Positions 30,195-40,968 of a stretch of 64,000 nucleotides of DNA are shown in pieces. The stretch is taken from positions 24,491 through 88,490 of the forward strand of contig CANMSO010000013.1 in NCBI GenBank assembly GCA_947500545.1, in the 5' to 3' direction. Positions within the stretch are counted from its first letter, which is position 1, and every line of letters starts with the position of its first letter. The notes beneath the pieces are model-generated. The model was not told where the DNA came from. It made no database searches and was given only the letters and a program-made list of their open reading frames with translations. Source of the DNA: an uncultured Aquimarina sp. (GTDB lineage Bacteria; Bacteroidota; Bacteroidia; Flavobacteriales; Flavobacteriaceae). A program made the translations under genes and the position numbers.

Positions 30195-30803
30195 ATGCAT
30201 GTATTTATGAATGAAGTTGTAAAATTCTTTAAAGACCTATTTAAATTTGTTTATAGCAAGATATTCCTGATTCAGGTAGTGATTGCGATTGCAATGCTTG
30301 TGATACTTTCATATGTCTCATTGCAGTGGTTAGAAAGTACTACAAATCATCATCAACGAATTGTTGTACCTAGTTTAAGTAAAAAGACCCTTGATGAGAT
30401 TCAGAAAATCCTTGAAGAAAAGGATTTACGATATGAAGTTCAGGATTCTGCTAATTTTAATCCCGAATATCCTAGGTATTCTGTTATAGAACAAAATCCC
30501 GTTGCAGGAAGCGAAGTAAAGGAAAATCGTAAGATATATGTAACGTTAAACCCTTCTGGGTATCGAAAAATAGAAGTTCCTGATGTTGTACAGAGAACAA
30601 GAAGACAGGCTGAACCTAAATTGATTGCTTTAGGTTTTAAAATTGGTTCTGTTACTTATAAACCTAATATAGCTAGAGATATGGTTCTTGAACTTCGACA
30701 TAAAGGAAAACAATTAGATGCAGGAACCAAACTCATGAAAACTTCTGTTATTGATCTCGTTCTTGGAGACGGAAAGGGTGGAAGTATTAACCTTTCCAAT
30801 TAA
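30195..30803 (+). CDS. Membrane-anchored PASTA-domain protein
   Basis: TM helix, then VVPSL...VIEQNPVAGSEVK and VPDVV repeats. Confidence 0.88.
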   Translation: MHVFMNEVVKFFKDLFKFVYSKIFLIQVVIAIAMLVILSYVSLQWLESTTNHHQRIVVPSLSKKTLDEIQKILEEKDLRYEVQDSANFNPEYPRYSVIEQNPVAGSEVKENRKIYVTLNPSGYRKIEVPDVVQRTRRQAEPKLIALGFKIGSVTYKPNIARDMVLELRHKGKQLDAGTKLMKTSVIDLVLGDGKGGSINLSN

Positions 30804-30815
30804 TAATAATATACC

Positions 30816-31862
30816 TTGGAAGAAAACTTAGATACAGGAGATTTTGATGCCAACGAAGATGATCTTTACGAACATCATCGTTTTGTTGCAGGTGCAGGCC
30901 AAGTGCCATTGCGCGTCGATAAATTTTTAATGAATTTTGTTGAGAATGCAACTCGAAATAAAATACAGCAAGCTGCAAAGGATGGTAGTGTATTTGTTAA
31001 TGATGTTGCAGTAAAATCAAACCATAAGGTTAAACCTAATGATGTTGTACGAGTCCTATTCTCTCATCCACCATATGAGAACCTCTTAACTCCAGAGGAT
31101 ATTCCATTAGATATAGTATATGAAGATGACGCACTTCTTGTGGTTAACAAACCTGCCGGAATGGTAGTACACCCGGGACATGGTAATTACTCAGGAACTT
31201 TGATTAATGCATTAATTTATCATTTTGATAACTTACCCAATAACAGTAGTGATCGTCCTGGATTAGTGCATCGCATTGATAAAGATACTAGCGGGCTTTT
31301 AGTAATTGCTAAGACAGAAGAAGCAATGACACATCTGGCGAAACAGTTTTTTGATAAAACCAGTAAACGTGAATATGTGGCAATTGCTTGGGGTAATATT
31401 AATGAAGATGAGGGTACAATTGAAGGAAATATAGGACGACACCCAAGAAATAGATTACAGAATACCGTTTTTGAAGGTGATGAAGCAGAAAAAGGAAAAC
31501 CTGCAATTACACATTATGAAGTTATTGAACGATTGGGGTATGTGACTTTGGTGTCTTGTAAACTAGAAACAGGAAGAACTCATCAGATCAGAGTGCACAT
31601 GAAACATATAGGGCATACATTATTTAATGATGAACGTTATGGAGGAGAAAAAATATTAAAAGGAACAACTTTCACTAAATACAAACAGTTTGTAGAAAAC
31701 TGTTTCAAAATATTACCAAGACAAGCATTACATGCTAAAACTTTAGGTTTTGTCCACCCAGTAACGGGTAAAGAAATGCATTTTGAAACTCCCATCCCAG
31801 AAGATATGGAGCTATGTGTTGAACGCTGGAGGAAATATGCTAAGAATCAATTGGCTGATTAA
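30816..31862 (+). CDS. RluA-family pseudouridine synthase (RluD-like)
   Basis: S4 domain RVDKFL, VNKPAGMVVHP, HRIDKDTSG, GRTHQIRVH. Confidence 0.93.
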   Translation: MEENLDTGDFDANEDDLYEHHRFVAGAGQVPLRVDKFLMNFVENATRNKIQQAAKDGSVFVNDVAVKSNHKVKPNDVVRVLFSHPPYENLLTPEDIPLDIVYEDDALLVVNKPAGMVVHPGHGNYSGTLINALIYHFDNLPNNSSDRPGLVHRIDKDTSGLLVIAKTEEAMTHLAKQFFDKTSKREYVAIAWGNINEDEGTIEGNIGRHPRNRLQNTVFEGDEAEKGKPAITHYEVIERLGYVTLVSCKLETGRTHQIRVHMKHIGHTLFNDERYGGEKILKGTTFTKYKQFVENCFKILPRQALHAKTLGFVHPVTGKEMHFETPIPEDMELCVERWRKYAKNQLAD

Positions 31863-31978
31863 GAAATGGTTAAAGAAACTGCATGCTTTTTGCATTATTA
31901 AACCGTTTTTATAATATTAAATAAAAGTTACCAAAAACTTTATTTTGAAATTAATTGTAATTCTTTATCAAATAATAG

Positions 31979-31986
31979 TACATTTG
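31979..31986 (+). promoter_or_regulatory. -7 box of the cold-shock gene
   Basis: TACATTTG, 17 nt before the ATG. Confidence 0.6.
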
Positions 31987-32003
31987 CGTTTTAATATTTT
32001 ATA

Positions 32004-32195
32004 ATGAATAAAGGAACAGTAAAATTTTTCAATGATTCCAAAGGATTTGGTTTCATTACAGAAGAAGGATCAAACAAAGATCACTTTGTACACATCTCAG
32101 GATTAATCGACGAAGTTCGTGAAGGAGATGAAGTTGAGTTTGACCTTAAAGAAGGTAAAAAAGGATTAAACGCAGTAAATGTTAAAGTGATTTAA
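32004..32195 (+). CDS. Cold-shock protein
   Basis: RNP1 KGFGFIT and RNP2 FVHIS. Confidence 0.96.
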   Translation: MNKGTVKFFNDSKGFGFITEEGSNKDHFVHISGLIDEVREGDEVEFDLKEGKKGLNAVNVKVI

Positions 32196-32223
32196 TATAT
32201 ACGAATTAATTTTTTTAAAGCAC

Positions 32224-32252
32224 AAGCCTGTCGATTTAGATAGGCTTTTTTT
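32224..32252 (+). terminator. Intrinsic terminator after csp
   Basis: AAGCCTGTC / GATAGGCTT stem followed by a T-run. Confidence 0.75.
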
Positions 32253-32377
32253 ATACTACAAACTTGGTTTTCGAGTATAATATAACTTTTACAAATACCC
32301 GAATAGATAAGAAATACACTCATAGATTTTAAATATCGATACACAATTGTATTTTTGAAGAACAAAAAATAATCTAA

Positions 32378-33139
32378 ATGAAAATTGTAGTATCTCCTGC
32401 CAAATCTTTGGATTTTGAAACAACAATCCCAACTAAGCAATATACAGAGCCTGTTTTTCTTGAACAAGCTGAAAAGTTAAACGTGGCACTTAGGAAAAAG
32501 TCGCCAAAAAAATTGTCAGAGCTAATGAGTATTAGTGATAAGCTAGGGCAGCTAAATTGGCAACGTAATCAAGAATTTCACCTTCCTTTTACCATAGAAA
32601 ATGCAAGACAAGCTGTATATGTGTTTAATGGGGACGTGTATATTGGATTGGATGCCTATACAATTCCGGAAGAAAAATTAGATGTTTTGCAGGATAAATT
32701 AAGAATACTTTCTGGACTCTACGGAATTCTGAAACCACTTGATCTTATGCAGCCCTATCGATTAGAAATGGGTACCAAACTTAAAGTGGGCCGAAAAAAT
32801 AACCTGTATGAGTTTTGGAAAAAAGAGGTGGTTCAAAAACTCAATGAGGAGTTGCAGGACGATGAGTTGTTTGTGAACCTGGCTAGTAATGAGTATTTTA
32901 AAGTTATTGATACCAAAGTGTTAAAAGTACCTGTAATCACTCCGCAGTTTAAAGATTGGAAAGGTGATAAGCTAAAAATGATTAGTTTCTTTGCTAAAAA
33001 AGCAAGAGGTATGATGGCACGCTATATTATAGATACCGGAGCAGAGACTATAGAAGACCTCAAAGGTTTTAATTATGAAGGTTATGGCTTTAGTCAAGAG
33101 CATACAACAAAACCTAATGAACTTGTTTTTGTACGCTAA
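32378..33139 (+). CDS. yaaA: Peroxide stress protein YaaA
   Basis: [41 protein letters not shown]. Confidence 0.95.
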   Translation: MKIVVSPAKSLDFETTIPTKQYTEPVFLEQAEKLNVALRKKSPKKLSELMSISDKLGQLNWQRNQEFHLPFTIENARQAVYVFNGDVYIGLDAYTIPEEKLDVLQDKLRILSGLYGILKPLDLMQPYRLEMGTKLKVGRKNNLYEFWKKEVVQKLNEELQDDELFVNLASNEYFKVIDTKVLKVPVITPQFKDWKGDKLKMISFFAKKARGMMARYIIDTGAETIEDLKGFNYEGYGFSQEHTTKPNELVFVR

Positions 33140-33294
33140 TCATCATTTTTTGATTTCCATCTATGCCGAAACGAAAATAAGAAAGTGCTTTTTCATCGTA
33201 GTGTAAGTTAGGATCTATATTTCAAGTTTCCATTCCCCAATGCATCTAATTTTAGTATCTTCAACCCAGATATTCACAGTACACAAATCATTAG

Positions 33295-33798
33295 ATGCAA
33301 AGAATTATCAATTTTCTAGACTGGATTGGTGAAAAGATAGGATCAATTGTGAGTTGGATTGCGGCTTTATTGGCTGTTGCTATTGGTCTGGATGTTATCA
33401 TTCGTTATATCTTTAAGTTTACCTATGTTTGGATGATAGAAATAGAAATTTATCTTTTCGGAATGATATTTTTATTAGCTTCGGGATATACATTTAAATA
33501 TGAAAAACATGTTCGGGTAGACATATTCTATAGTAAACTTTCTAAAAAAGGAAAAGCATGGGTTGATCTTTTAGGAGGTGCTTTTTTACTAGTACCATGG
33601 TGTTATGTGGTTATTGTTTCTTCTTGGTATTATGGTTTATCATCTTTTATAATTGGTGAAAGTTCGCCACAACCTGGCGGATTACCTGCATTATATGTGC
33701 TAAAATTTTGCATAACAATAGGGTTTGTCTTTCTTTTAATTCAGGCAATATCTCATATGCTAAAATCAATTCAAGTTATTTTTAATAGGGAGCAATAA
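33295..33798 (+). CDS. TRAP transporter small permease (DctQ)
   Basis: Four TM; HVRVDIFY motif. Confidence 0.9.
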   Translation: MQRIINFLDWIGEKIGSIVSWIAALLAVAIGLDVIIRYIFKFTYVWMIEIEIYLFGMIFLLASGYTFKYEKHVRVDIFYSKLSKKGKAWVDLLGGAFLLVPWCYVVIVSSWYYGLSSFIIGESSPQPGGLPALYVLKFCITIGFVFLLIQAISHMLKSIQVIFNREQ

Positions 33799-35144
33799 TG
33801 GAGTATTTAGCAATTATACTATTTGTGGTTATCTTCATTCTTATCCTTCGAGGATACCCCGTTGCTTTTACATTAGGAGGTATTTCGGTAGCTTTTGCCT
33901 TTGGAGTATCTATTTTCGCACCAGAGTTATTTCAAATGTCTACATTTTATTTACTACCATCTCGTATAATGGGGGTTGTAAATAATTATGTATTGATGGC
34001 TGTTCCTCTTTTCATTTTTATGGGGATAATGTTAGAAAAATCAGGTTTAGCCCAAAGTTTATTAGAAACCATGGCTATGATGTTTGGTCGCGTACGAGGG
34101 GGCTTGGCAATATCGGTTGTAATTGTTGGAGCACTACTTGCTGCATCTACAGGTATAGTAGGTGCCACCGTGGTAACTATGGGGCTAATAAGCTTACCTA
34201 CAATGCTAAAGCGTGGATATAAAACTGAATTGGCCACTGGGGTAATCGCTTCATCGGGAACCTTGGGACAGATTATTCCTCCCTCAATTGTGTTAGTTTT
34301 ACTGGCAGATACTATAAATAGTTCATCTAGAGGAGCGGCTTCAGTAGATGTAGGAGCTTTGTTTTCGGCAGCTTTGCTACCTGGGATAGTCCTTGTTGGA
34401 TTATATATACTCTATATTTTAATAAAATCGTTTGTTCATAAAGAAGATGCTCCTAGTATACCTGCAGAAGAAATCAAGGAGTTTAGAGGCACTAATTTTG
34501 CTTCTAAAATCTTGAAAGTACTGTTTTTACCTATATTATTAATTGTGCTCGTTTTGGGATCAATTTTTACAGGAGTAGCTTCACCAACAGAGGCTTCGGC
34601 TATCGGAGCGATCGGAGCAACCATATTAACAGTAGTTCAGAAGAAATTTTCGTTCAAAATCTTAAAAGAAGTGGCACAAGAGACAACTAAGCTTACCTCA
34701 ATGGTGTTTTTTATTCTTTTAGGGGCTACTACATTTACTTTGGTATTTAGAACATTAGGAGGAGATTCCTATCTTCAAGAGTTGATCATGTCTTCTGATT
34801 TAACACCCTTGATGTTTTTACTATTGGTCATGGTAGTAATTTTTATTGCAGGGTTTTTTATAGATTTTATAGAGATTGTATTTATTATAGTTCCTGTGGT
34901 AACTCCTATTTTTAATGCTTTTGGTATGGATATGCTATGGGTAGGAATATTAATAGCGTTAAATTTACAAACATCATTTTTGACGCCGCCTTTTGGATTC
35001 GCCTTATTTTATCTTAAAGGAGTAGCACCAGAAAGCGTAAAAACTAGCCATATTTATAGAGGAATTATACCTTTTATTATCATTCAATTGATTATTGTGG
35101 CAGTTGTAGTATTTTTTCCTGAAATTATTTTTATTTCAAAATAA
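33798..35144 (+). CDS. TRAP transporter large permease (DctM)
   Basis: LMAVPLFIFMG, GTLGQIIPPS, TPPFGFALF. Confidence 0.93.
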   Translation: MEYLAIILFVVIFILILRGYPVAFTLGGISVAFAFGVSIFAPELFQMSTFYLLPSRIMGVVNNYVLMAVPLFIFMGIMLEKSGLAQSLLETMAMMFGRVRGGLAISVVIVGALLAASTGIVGATVVTMGLISLPTMLKRGYKTELATGVIASSGTLGQIIPPSIVLVLLADTINSSSRGAASVDVGALFSAALLPGIVLVGLYILYILIKSFVHKEDAPSIPAEEIKEFRGTNFASKILKVLFLPILLIVLVLGSIFTGVASPTEASAIGAIGATILTVVQKKFSFKILKEVAQETTKLTSMVFFILLGATTFTLVFRTLGGDSYLQELIMSSDLTPLMFLLLVMVVIFIAGFFIDFIEIVFIIVPVVTPIFNAFGMDMLWVGILIALNLQTSFLTPPFGFALFYLKGVAPESVKTSHIYRGIIPFIIIQLIIVAVVVFFPEIIFISK

Positions 35145-35153
35145 CATATCAAT

Positions 35154-36284
35154 ATGAAGCTCTCCAGAACTCAAACATATAAGGTTAGTAAGTTTTTCAC
35201 ACTAGTCATAACAACAGTATTATTTTTTTCCTGTTTAGGAGACCCCCCTGCAAGTATGAGTACTTCTTCTTATGATGTTGCTAAGCCAAACAAAGTATTT
35301 TATTGGAAAATGACAACCACCTGGCCACCTAATTTCCCTGTTGTAGGTGAAGTGGCAGAGAAATATGCCAAATGGGTTGACGAGATGTCTAACGGGCAGA
35401 TTAAGATAAAAGTATATGGAGGTGGTGAGTTGGTACCACCGCTAGAAGCATTTGATGCGGTATCTCAAGGAAGTATCGAGATGGGATGTGGCGCAGCGTA
35501 CTATTGGGCAGGGAAAACTCCTGCAGCTCAGTTTTTTGCTGCGGTACCTTTTGGAATGAATAGTCAGCAGATTACATCTTGGTTAGAAACAGGAGGGGGA
35601 TATGAGCTATGGAAGAAGACCTATGCTAAATTCAATCTGGTACCCTTTATGGGTGGAAATACCGGAGTTCAGATGGGAGGGTGGTTTAATCGTGAAATCA
35701 ATTCTGTCGAAGACTTCAATGGGCTAAAAATGCGGTTACCGGGAATCGGCGGAAAGGTATTAGAAAAAGCTGGAGGTGCAGCGGTTTTGGTTGCGGGTAG
35801 TGAAGTCTATACAAGTTTAGAACGAGGTGTTATTGATGCTACAGAGTGGATTGGGCCTTATCACGATTATAAAATGGGATTTCATAAAATTGCAAAGTAT
35901 TATTATACTCCAGGATGGCATGAAACAGGTTCTCAATTAGAGTTCTTTATAAATAAAAACTTATTTGATGGATTACCACTACATCTTCAGGCTATACTAG
36001 AAGCAGCATCAAAGCGTGCACAAGTATGGGTACTGGCAGAGTTTGATAAACAGAATGGAATCTATTTGGATAAATTGGTGAATGAAGAAGGAGTAGAGAT
36101 TCGGGAATTTTCCAAAGAAACTTTAGATGCTTTACGTGGATATACCGATGAAGCTTTGCTAGAAATGATTGGAGATGACCCTTTATCTAAAGAGGTGTAC
36201 GAAAGCTATTCTAATTTTCAAAAGCAAATTTCTAAATGGTCCGAGGTTACCGAAAAAGCATATTATAATAAAATACAGAAGTAG
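35154..36284 (+). CDS. TRAP substrate-binding lipoprotein (DctP, TakP-like)
   Basis: Lipobox-like LFFSC; YYWAGK, QMGGWF, LKMRLPG, EWIGPYHD, YYTPGWHE. Confidence 0.9.
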   Translation: MKLSRTQTYKVSKFFTLVITTVLFFSCLGDPPASMSTSSYDVAKPNKVFYWKMTTTWPPNFPVVGEVAEKYAKWVDEMSNGQIKIKVYGGGELVPPLEAFDAVSQGSIEMGCGAAYYWAGKTPAAQFFAAVPFGMNSQQITSWLETGGGYELWKKTYAKFNLVPFMGGNTGVQMGGWFNREINSVEDFNGLKMRLPGIGGKVLEKAGGAAVLVAGSEVYTSLERGVIDATEWIGPYHDYKMGFHKIAKYYYTPGWHETGSQLEFFINKNLFDGLPLHLQAILEAASKRAQVWVLAEFDKQNGIYLDKLVNEEGVEIREFSKETLDALRGYTDEALLEMIGDDPLSKEVYESYSNFQKQISKWSEVTEKAYYNKIQK

Positions 36285-36292
36285 GAATAATA

Positions 36293-36327
36293 AAAAACCG
36301 CTCCAGCAAATATTCTGAAGCGGTTTT
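36293..36327. terminator. Bidirectional intrinsic terminator
   Basis: AAAACCGCTCCAG / CTGAAGCGGTTTT between convergent genes. Confidence 0.75.
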
Positions 36328-36358
36328 GCAAATTTTAACGTGTTTACTTGCTCGTTTG

Positions 36359-37192
36359 TTATAGTTCTAAGGTAGTCTGGTTGCCATCGCTATCAGTTTG
36401 AGTAGCTATGTTGTCACATTCTCCATTACCGTAATCAATGGTTGTAGATGCACTATTTTCTGTAGTTGTTATAACTCCGCTTACAATATAACTGCACCCT
36501 CTTTCATTACGTAAAGGAGTAGTGATTTCTACTGCATATCTGTCACCATTACTAAACTCTGTAATACTACTTCCTGAGTTTAATGTATAATACTCAAAAT
36601 CTCCTGGGGTGTCAGGATTATTTTCAAAGAAAGTTTCATTAACAAAATTTGTCTCGCTGGTTGCAGTAAGTCCATCGGCCCATGCAAAAGAAAAATTAGA
36701 GTTTGTAGTGAATGTAGTATTTCCGGTTTCACTTCTAAAGGTAAATGTGGTGGTAGCACTTCCGCTAACAGTGACATCCTTGTACGTAAAGTTCTCTAGA
36801 CTATAACTAATCTCTACTTTATTTTCTGCATCTAGCTGAACGCTAAAACTCATGCGAATAACACCCGAGATCATTTCTCCATTTACTTCACAACCATCAC
36901 CAAAATCAACCATGATAGTTCTGGTAGTATCTGTTACTTCTGAAGTTAAGGTGAAGCAGTCTGGCATTTTAGTACTAAAACTGCGAATTGGTATAAGTCC
37001 GGATTCAGTACTGAATATGTTTTCTACCAATGTATTAATTTCCTTACTAGCAGCCTCTAAATCTTTGTACTGTTTTGATGTTGTGACTTCACTAGTTGGG
37101 ATTGGGTTTTCATTATCATCATCACTACAGCTTATTAAAAAGGCACTTGATATAAATAGTATGCTTAAAAAAGCAATGACTCTGTTTTTCAT
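36359..37192 (-). CDS. Hypothetical Thr-rich lipoprotein
   Basis: Lipobox FLISC followed by acidic SDDD; four further Cys. Confidence 0.8.
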   Translation of the reverse strand: MKNRVIAFLSILFISSAFLISCSDDDNENPIPTSEVTTSKQYKDLEAASKEINTLVENIFSTESGLIPIRSFSTKMPDCFTLTSEVTDTTRTIMVDFGDGCEVNGEMISGVIRMSFSVQLDAENKVEISYSLENFTYKDVTVSGSATTTFTFRSETGNTTFTTNSNFSFAWADGLTATSETNFVNETFFENNPDTPGDFEYYTLNSGSSITEFSNGDRYAVEITTPLRNERGCSYIVSGVITTTENSASTTIDYGNGECDNIATQTDSDGNQTTLEL

Positions 37193-37460
37193 ATTAAAAG
37201 GTTTTAGATTGTGAATTAAATATTGTTTTAACTAATTGGTTGTAGTATAACAACGATAAAGTCTTTACATAGATTATGAGGGGATTCGTTAATTTATGTT
37301 AAGATTATGTTAGAATTATTTTATGATACGTAAGATTATTTTGTAAATTCTTGATGCTGTTTTGAAATGAATTTTGCTTATACTATTGCATAGCATTATT
37401 CTTATCAATATCTTCGCAGCGAATGTTCGCTAAAAGTGTTCTTAACTCAAAATATATAAT

Positions 37461-40400
37461 ATGCAAATAAAAAAGGTTTTAGTTGCCAATCGTGGTGAAA
37501 TTGCAATCAGAATTTTTCGTGCCTGTACAGAAATTGGATTAAATACAGTTGGGGTTTATACCTATGAAGATCGATATTCTTTACACAGATATAAGGCAGA
37601 TGAAGCATATCAGATTGGAGAAAATCACGAACCTCTAAAACCGTATTTGAATATAGATGCAATTATAAAGGTTGCAAAAAAGAATAATGTAGATGCCATT
37701 CATCCAGGTTACGGTTTCCTTTCAGAAAATGCAGAATTTGCTAAACAGTGCGAGGAAAACGATATTATTTTTATTGGGCCAAAAGTTTCTGTACTTCGTT
37801 CATTAGGAGATAAGATAACAGCCAAAAAGGTGGCTATTGATAATGATATTCCTATTATTCAGAGTAATAAAGAAGATCTTTTAGATGTTAAAGTAGCGAT
37901 TAAAGAAGCCAAGCGTATTGGTTTTCCTGTAATGCTTAAAGCGGCTTCTGGTGGAGGTGGAAGAGGGATGCGTGTGATTAGAAATCAGGAAGAATTAGAA
38001 AAAGCATTTCCAGAATCTCGTAGAGAGGCACTTAATGCTTTTGGTGATGATACGGTATTCCTTGAAAAATTTGTAGAAAACCCAAAGCATATCGAAATAC
38101 AGATCGTTGCCGATCATCATGGCAATATGGTTCACTTATTTGAACGTGACTGTTCTGTACAAAGACGATATCAAAAAGTAATCGAATATGCTCCCTCTTT
38201 TGGAGTTCCAGAAGAAACGAAACAAAGTTTATATAAATATGCCTTAGATATATGTAAGGCAGTAGATTATAATAATATTGGTACTGTAGAATTTTTGGTT
38301 GATGATGATGGTAGTATTTATTTTATTGAAGTTAACCCAAGGGTACAGGTTGAACATACAGTAACCGAAATTGTAACCGGTATTGATTTGATTAAAGCAC
38401 AGATTTTTATTGCCGGCGGATATAAATTATCAGATCAACAAATCAAAATCGAGAGCCAGGAAAGCTTAACTATTAATGGTTTTGCACTGCAATGTAGAAT
38501 TACAACTGAAGATCCTGAAAATGATTTTAAACCTGATTATGGAACCATAACCACATATAGAAGTGCATCTGGGTTTGGAATACGTTTAGATGCAGGTAGT
38601 GTATATCAAGGTGTTACTATTTCACCATTCTTTGATTCTATGTTAGTTAAGGTTTCTGCAAATAGTAGAACATTAGACGGAGCATGTAGAAAGATGCGTA
38701 GAGCACTGTCAGAATTTAGAATCCGTGGTGTAAAGACCAATATGCCGTTTTTGGATAATATCCTTAATCATGAGACTTTTAGAAAAGGTGAGGCTACCGT
38801 TAATTTTATACAAAACACAAAATCATTATTTGCGATAAGAGAATCTCGTAATCGAGCTACTAAATTGGTTAACTTTTTAGGAGATGTAATTATCAATGGG
38901 AATCCTGATGTAAAGAAAATCGATCCAACAAAAACACTCATTGAAGCAGGAATACCAAAGTTTGATGAGAGTATGTCATACCCCAAGGGCACCAAAGACC
39001 TTTTAACGGAACTTGGACCTGAAAAATTCGCAACTTGGCTCAAGAATGAAAAAAAGGTTCATTTTACAGATACTACAATGCGTGATGCGCATCAAAGTCT
39101 GCTTGCGACCAGAATGCGATCATATGATATGCTTAAAGTAGCCGAAGGATTTGCCAAAAACCATCCCGAAGTTTTTAGTATGGAAGTTTGGGGGGGAGCA
39201 ACTTTTGATGTTTGCCTGCGATTTTTAAGAGAAAACCCGTGGGAACGACTCCGAGAGTTACGAAAAGCAATGCCTAACCTTTTATTACAAATGCTAATTC
39301 GCGGATCAAACGGAGTAGGATATACTGCCTACCCGGATAATTTGATTGGAAAATTTGTAGAGCAATCCTGGGAGAATGGAGTAGATGTATTTCGAATCTT
39401 TGATTCACTTAATTGGATGAAATCCATTGCTCCTTGTATAGAGCATGTAAGAACAAGAACAAATGGATTAGCAGAAGGTTCTTTATGTTATACTGGGGAT
39501 ATTTTAGATCCAAAACGAACAAAATATACTCTTGAGTATTACATTCAATTAGCTAAAGATATTGAAAATGCCGGAGCACATATTTTAGGAATTAAAGATA
39601 TGGCAGGTCTACTGAAGCCATATGCAGCATATGAGCTGGTTTCAGCATTAAAATCAGAAATTAGTATTCCAATTCATTTACATACCCATGATACTTCATC
39701 GGTGCAATCTGCTACCTATCTTAAAGCTATAGAAGCGGGAGTAGATGTTGTAGATGTAGCACTAGGAGGGCTTTCGGGATTAACCGCACAGCCTAATTTT
39801 AATGCGATTGTAGAAATGCTAAGATTTCATGAACGTGAAAATGTATTAGATATTCCAAAATTGAATGAATATTCCAACTATTGGGAATCGGTTCGTGAAC
39901 ATTATTATGTCTTTGAATCTGGATTAAAAGCAGGAACAGGAGAAGTCTATCAACATGAAATTCCAGGAGGACAATATTCTAACCTAAAACCTCAAGCGGA
40001 GGCCTTAGGTTTATCAGATCGCTTTCATGAAATAACAAAAATGTATGGAGAGGTAAATGAATTATTTGGAGACGTCGTAAAGGTAACACCTAGTTCTAAA
40101 GTAGTAGGTGATATGGCACAATATCTTGTAAGTAATAATTTAACTATTGAAGATGTAAAAGAACAAGGCGAAACCATTTCTTTTCCACAATCGGTAATGA
40201 GTTTTTTTAAAGGAGAGTTAGGACAGCCAGTAGGTGGATTCCCAAAAGCGCTACAAAAATCAGTGCTTAAAGATCAAAAACCATTTACAGATAGACCCAA
40301 TGCACATCTTGAACCTGTTGATTTTGAAACAGAATTCAAAGATTTTGAGAAAGTATTCAAAAAAGGAATGGGACGCGAATTAGATATCACCGATTTTCTG

Positions 40401-40913
40401 TCCTATAAATTGTATCCAAAAGTGTTTACCGGTGCCTATAATCATCACCTGAAATATGGGAATGTAATGAATATTCCTACCAAAAACTTTTTCTACGGGA
40501 TGGATCCTGAAGAAGAAATTATTGTAAAGTTGGATCAAGGGAAAACGTTATTGGTTCAATTGATTTCTGTGGGTGATCCTAATGAAGAAGGTAAAGTTAC
40601 TGTATTCTTTAAGGTAAATGGCCAAACACGTAATGTAGAAATACAGGATAACTCAATAAAAGTAGATAAGGTTGTTCATGCAAAAGTAGATAAAGCTGAT
40701 GAAAAGCAAATTGGAGCACCATTGCAAGGTTCACTATCTTCTGTTTTAGTAAAAACTGGTCAGGAGGTGAAGAAAAATGACCCTTTATTTATTATTGAAG
40801 CCATGAAAATGGAAACGACAATTACTGCAAATGAGAGTGCTGTGATAAAGAAAATAGTTCTTAAGCCTGGTACAATGGTAGAGGCAGATGATTTGATAAT
40901 AACACTGAAATAA
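37461..40913 (+). CDS. pyc: Pyruvate carboxylase
   Basis: Biotin carboxylase (ANRGEIA, GGGGRG), carboxyltransferase (RDAHQS) and biotinyl EAMKM domains in 1150 aa. Confidence 0.98.
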   Translation: MQIKKVLVANRGEIAIRIFRACTEIGLNTVGVYTYEDRYSLHRYKADEAYQIGENHEPLKPYLNIDAIIKVAKKNNVDAIHPGYGFLSENAEFAKQCEENDIIFIGPKVSVLRSLGDKITAKKVAIDNDIPIIQSNKEDLLDVKVAIKEAKRIGFPVMLKAASGGGGRGMRVIRNQEELEKAFPESRREALNAFGDDTVFLEKFVENPKHIEIQIVADHHGNMVHLFERDCSVQRRYQKVIEYAPSFGVPEETKQSLYKYALDICKAVDYNNIGTVEFLVDDDGSIYFIEVNPRVQVEHTVTEIVTGIDLIKAQIFIAGGYKLSDQQIKIESQESLTINGFALQCRITTEDPENDFKPDYGTITTYRSASGFGIRLDAGSVYQGVTISPFFDSMLVKVSANSRTLDGACRKMRRALSEFRIRGVKTNMPFLDNILNHETFRKGEATVNFIQNTKSLFAIRESRNRATKLVNFLGDVIINGNPDVKKIDPTKTLIEAGIPKFDESMSYPKGTKDLLTELGPEKFATWLKNEKKVHFTDTTMRDAHQSLLATRMRSYDMLKVAEGFAKNHPEVFSMEVWGGATFDVCLRFLRENPWERLRELRKAMPNLLLQMLIRGSNGVGYTAYPDNLIGKFVEQSWENGVDVFRIFDSLNWMKSIAPCIEHVRTRTNGLAEGSLCYTGDILDPKRTKYTLEYYIQLAKDIENAGAHILGIKDMAGLLKPYAAYELVSALKSEISIPIHLHTHDTSSVQSATYLKAIEAGVDVVDVALGGLSGLTAQPNFNAIVEMLRFHERENVLDIPKLNEYSNYWESVREHYYVFESGLKAGTGEVYQHEIPGGQYSNLKPQAEALGLSDRFHEITKMYGEVNELFGDVVKVTPSSKVVGDMAQYLVSNNLTIEDVKEQGETISFPQSVMSFFKGELGQPVGGFPKALQKSVLKDQKPFTDRPNAHLEPVDFETEFKDFEKVFKKGMGRELDITDFLSYKLYPKVFTGAYNHHLKYGNVMNIPTKNFFYGMDPEEEIIVKLDQGKTLLVQLISVGDPNEEGKVTVFFKVNGQTRNVEIQDNSIKVDKVVHAKVDKADEKQIGAPLQGSLSSVLVKTGQEVKKNDPLFIIEAMKMETTITANESAVIKKIVLKPGTMVEADDLIITLK

Positions 40914-40927
40914 TTTTAATAGCAAAG

Positions 40928-40952
40928 AAAAGGGCTTTATGCCCCTTTTTTT
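40928..40952. terminator. Probable bidirectional terminator
   Basis: AAAAGGGC / GCCCCTTTTTTT between pyc and the convergent small ORF. Confidence 0.6.
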
Positions 40953-40968
40953 AATAGGAATTCAGATT

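Noticed and set aside
32192-32467. 91-aa minus-strand ORF between csp and yaaA
   Set aside because: It crosses the csp terminator and the yaaA promoter and start, has a TTG-type start and no recognisable features.
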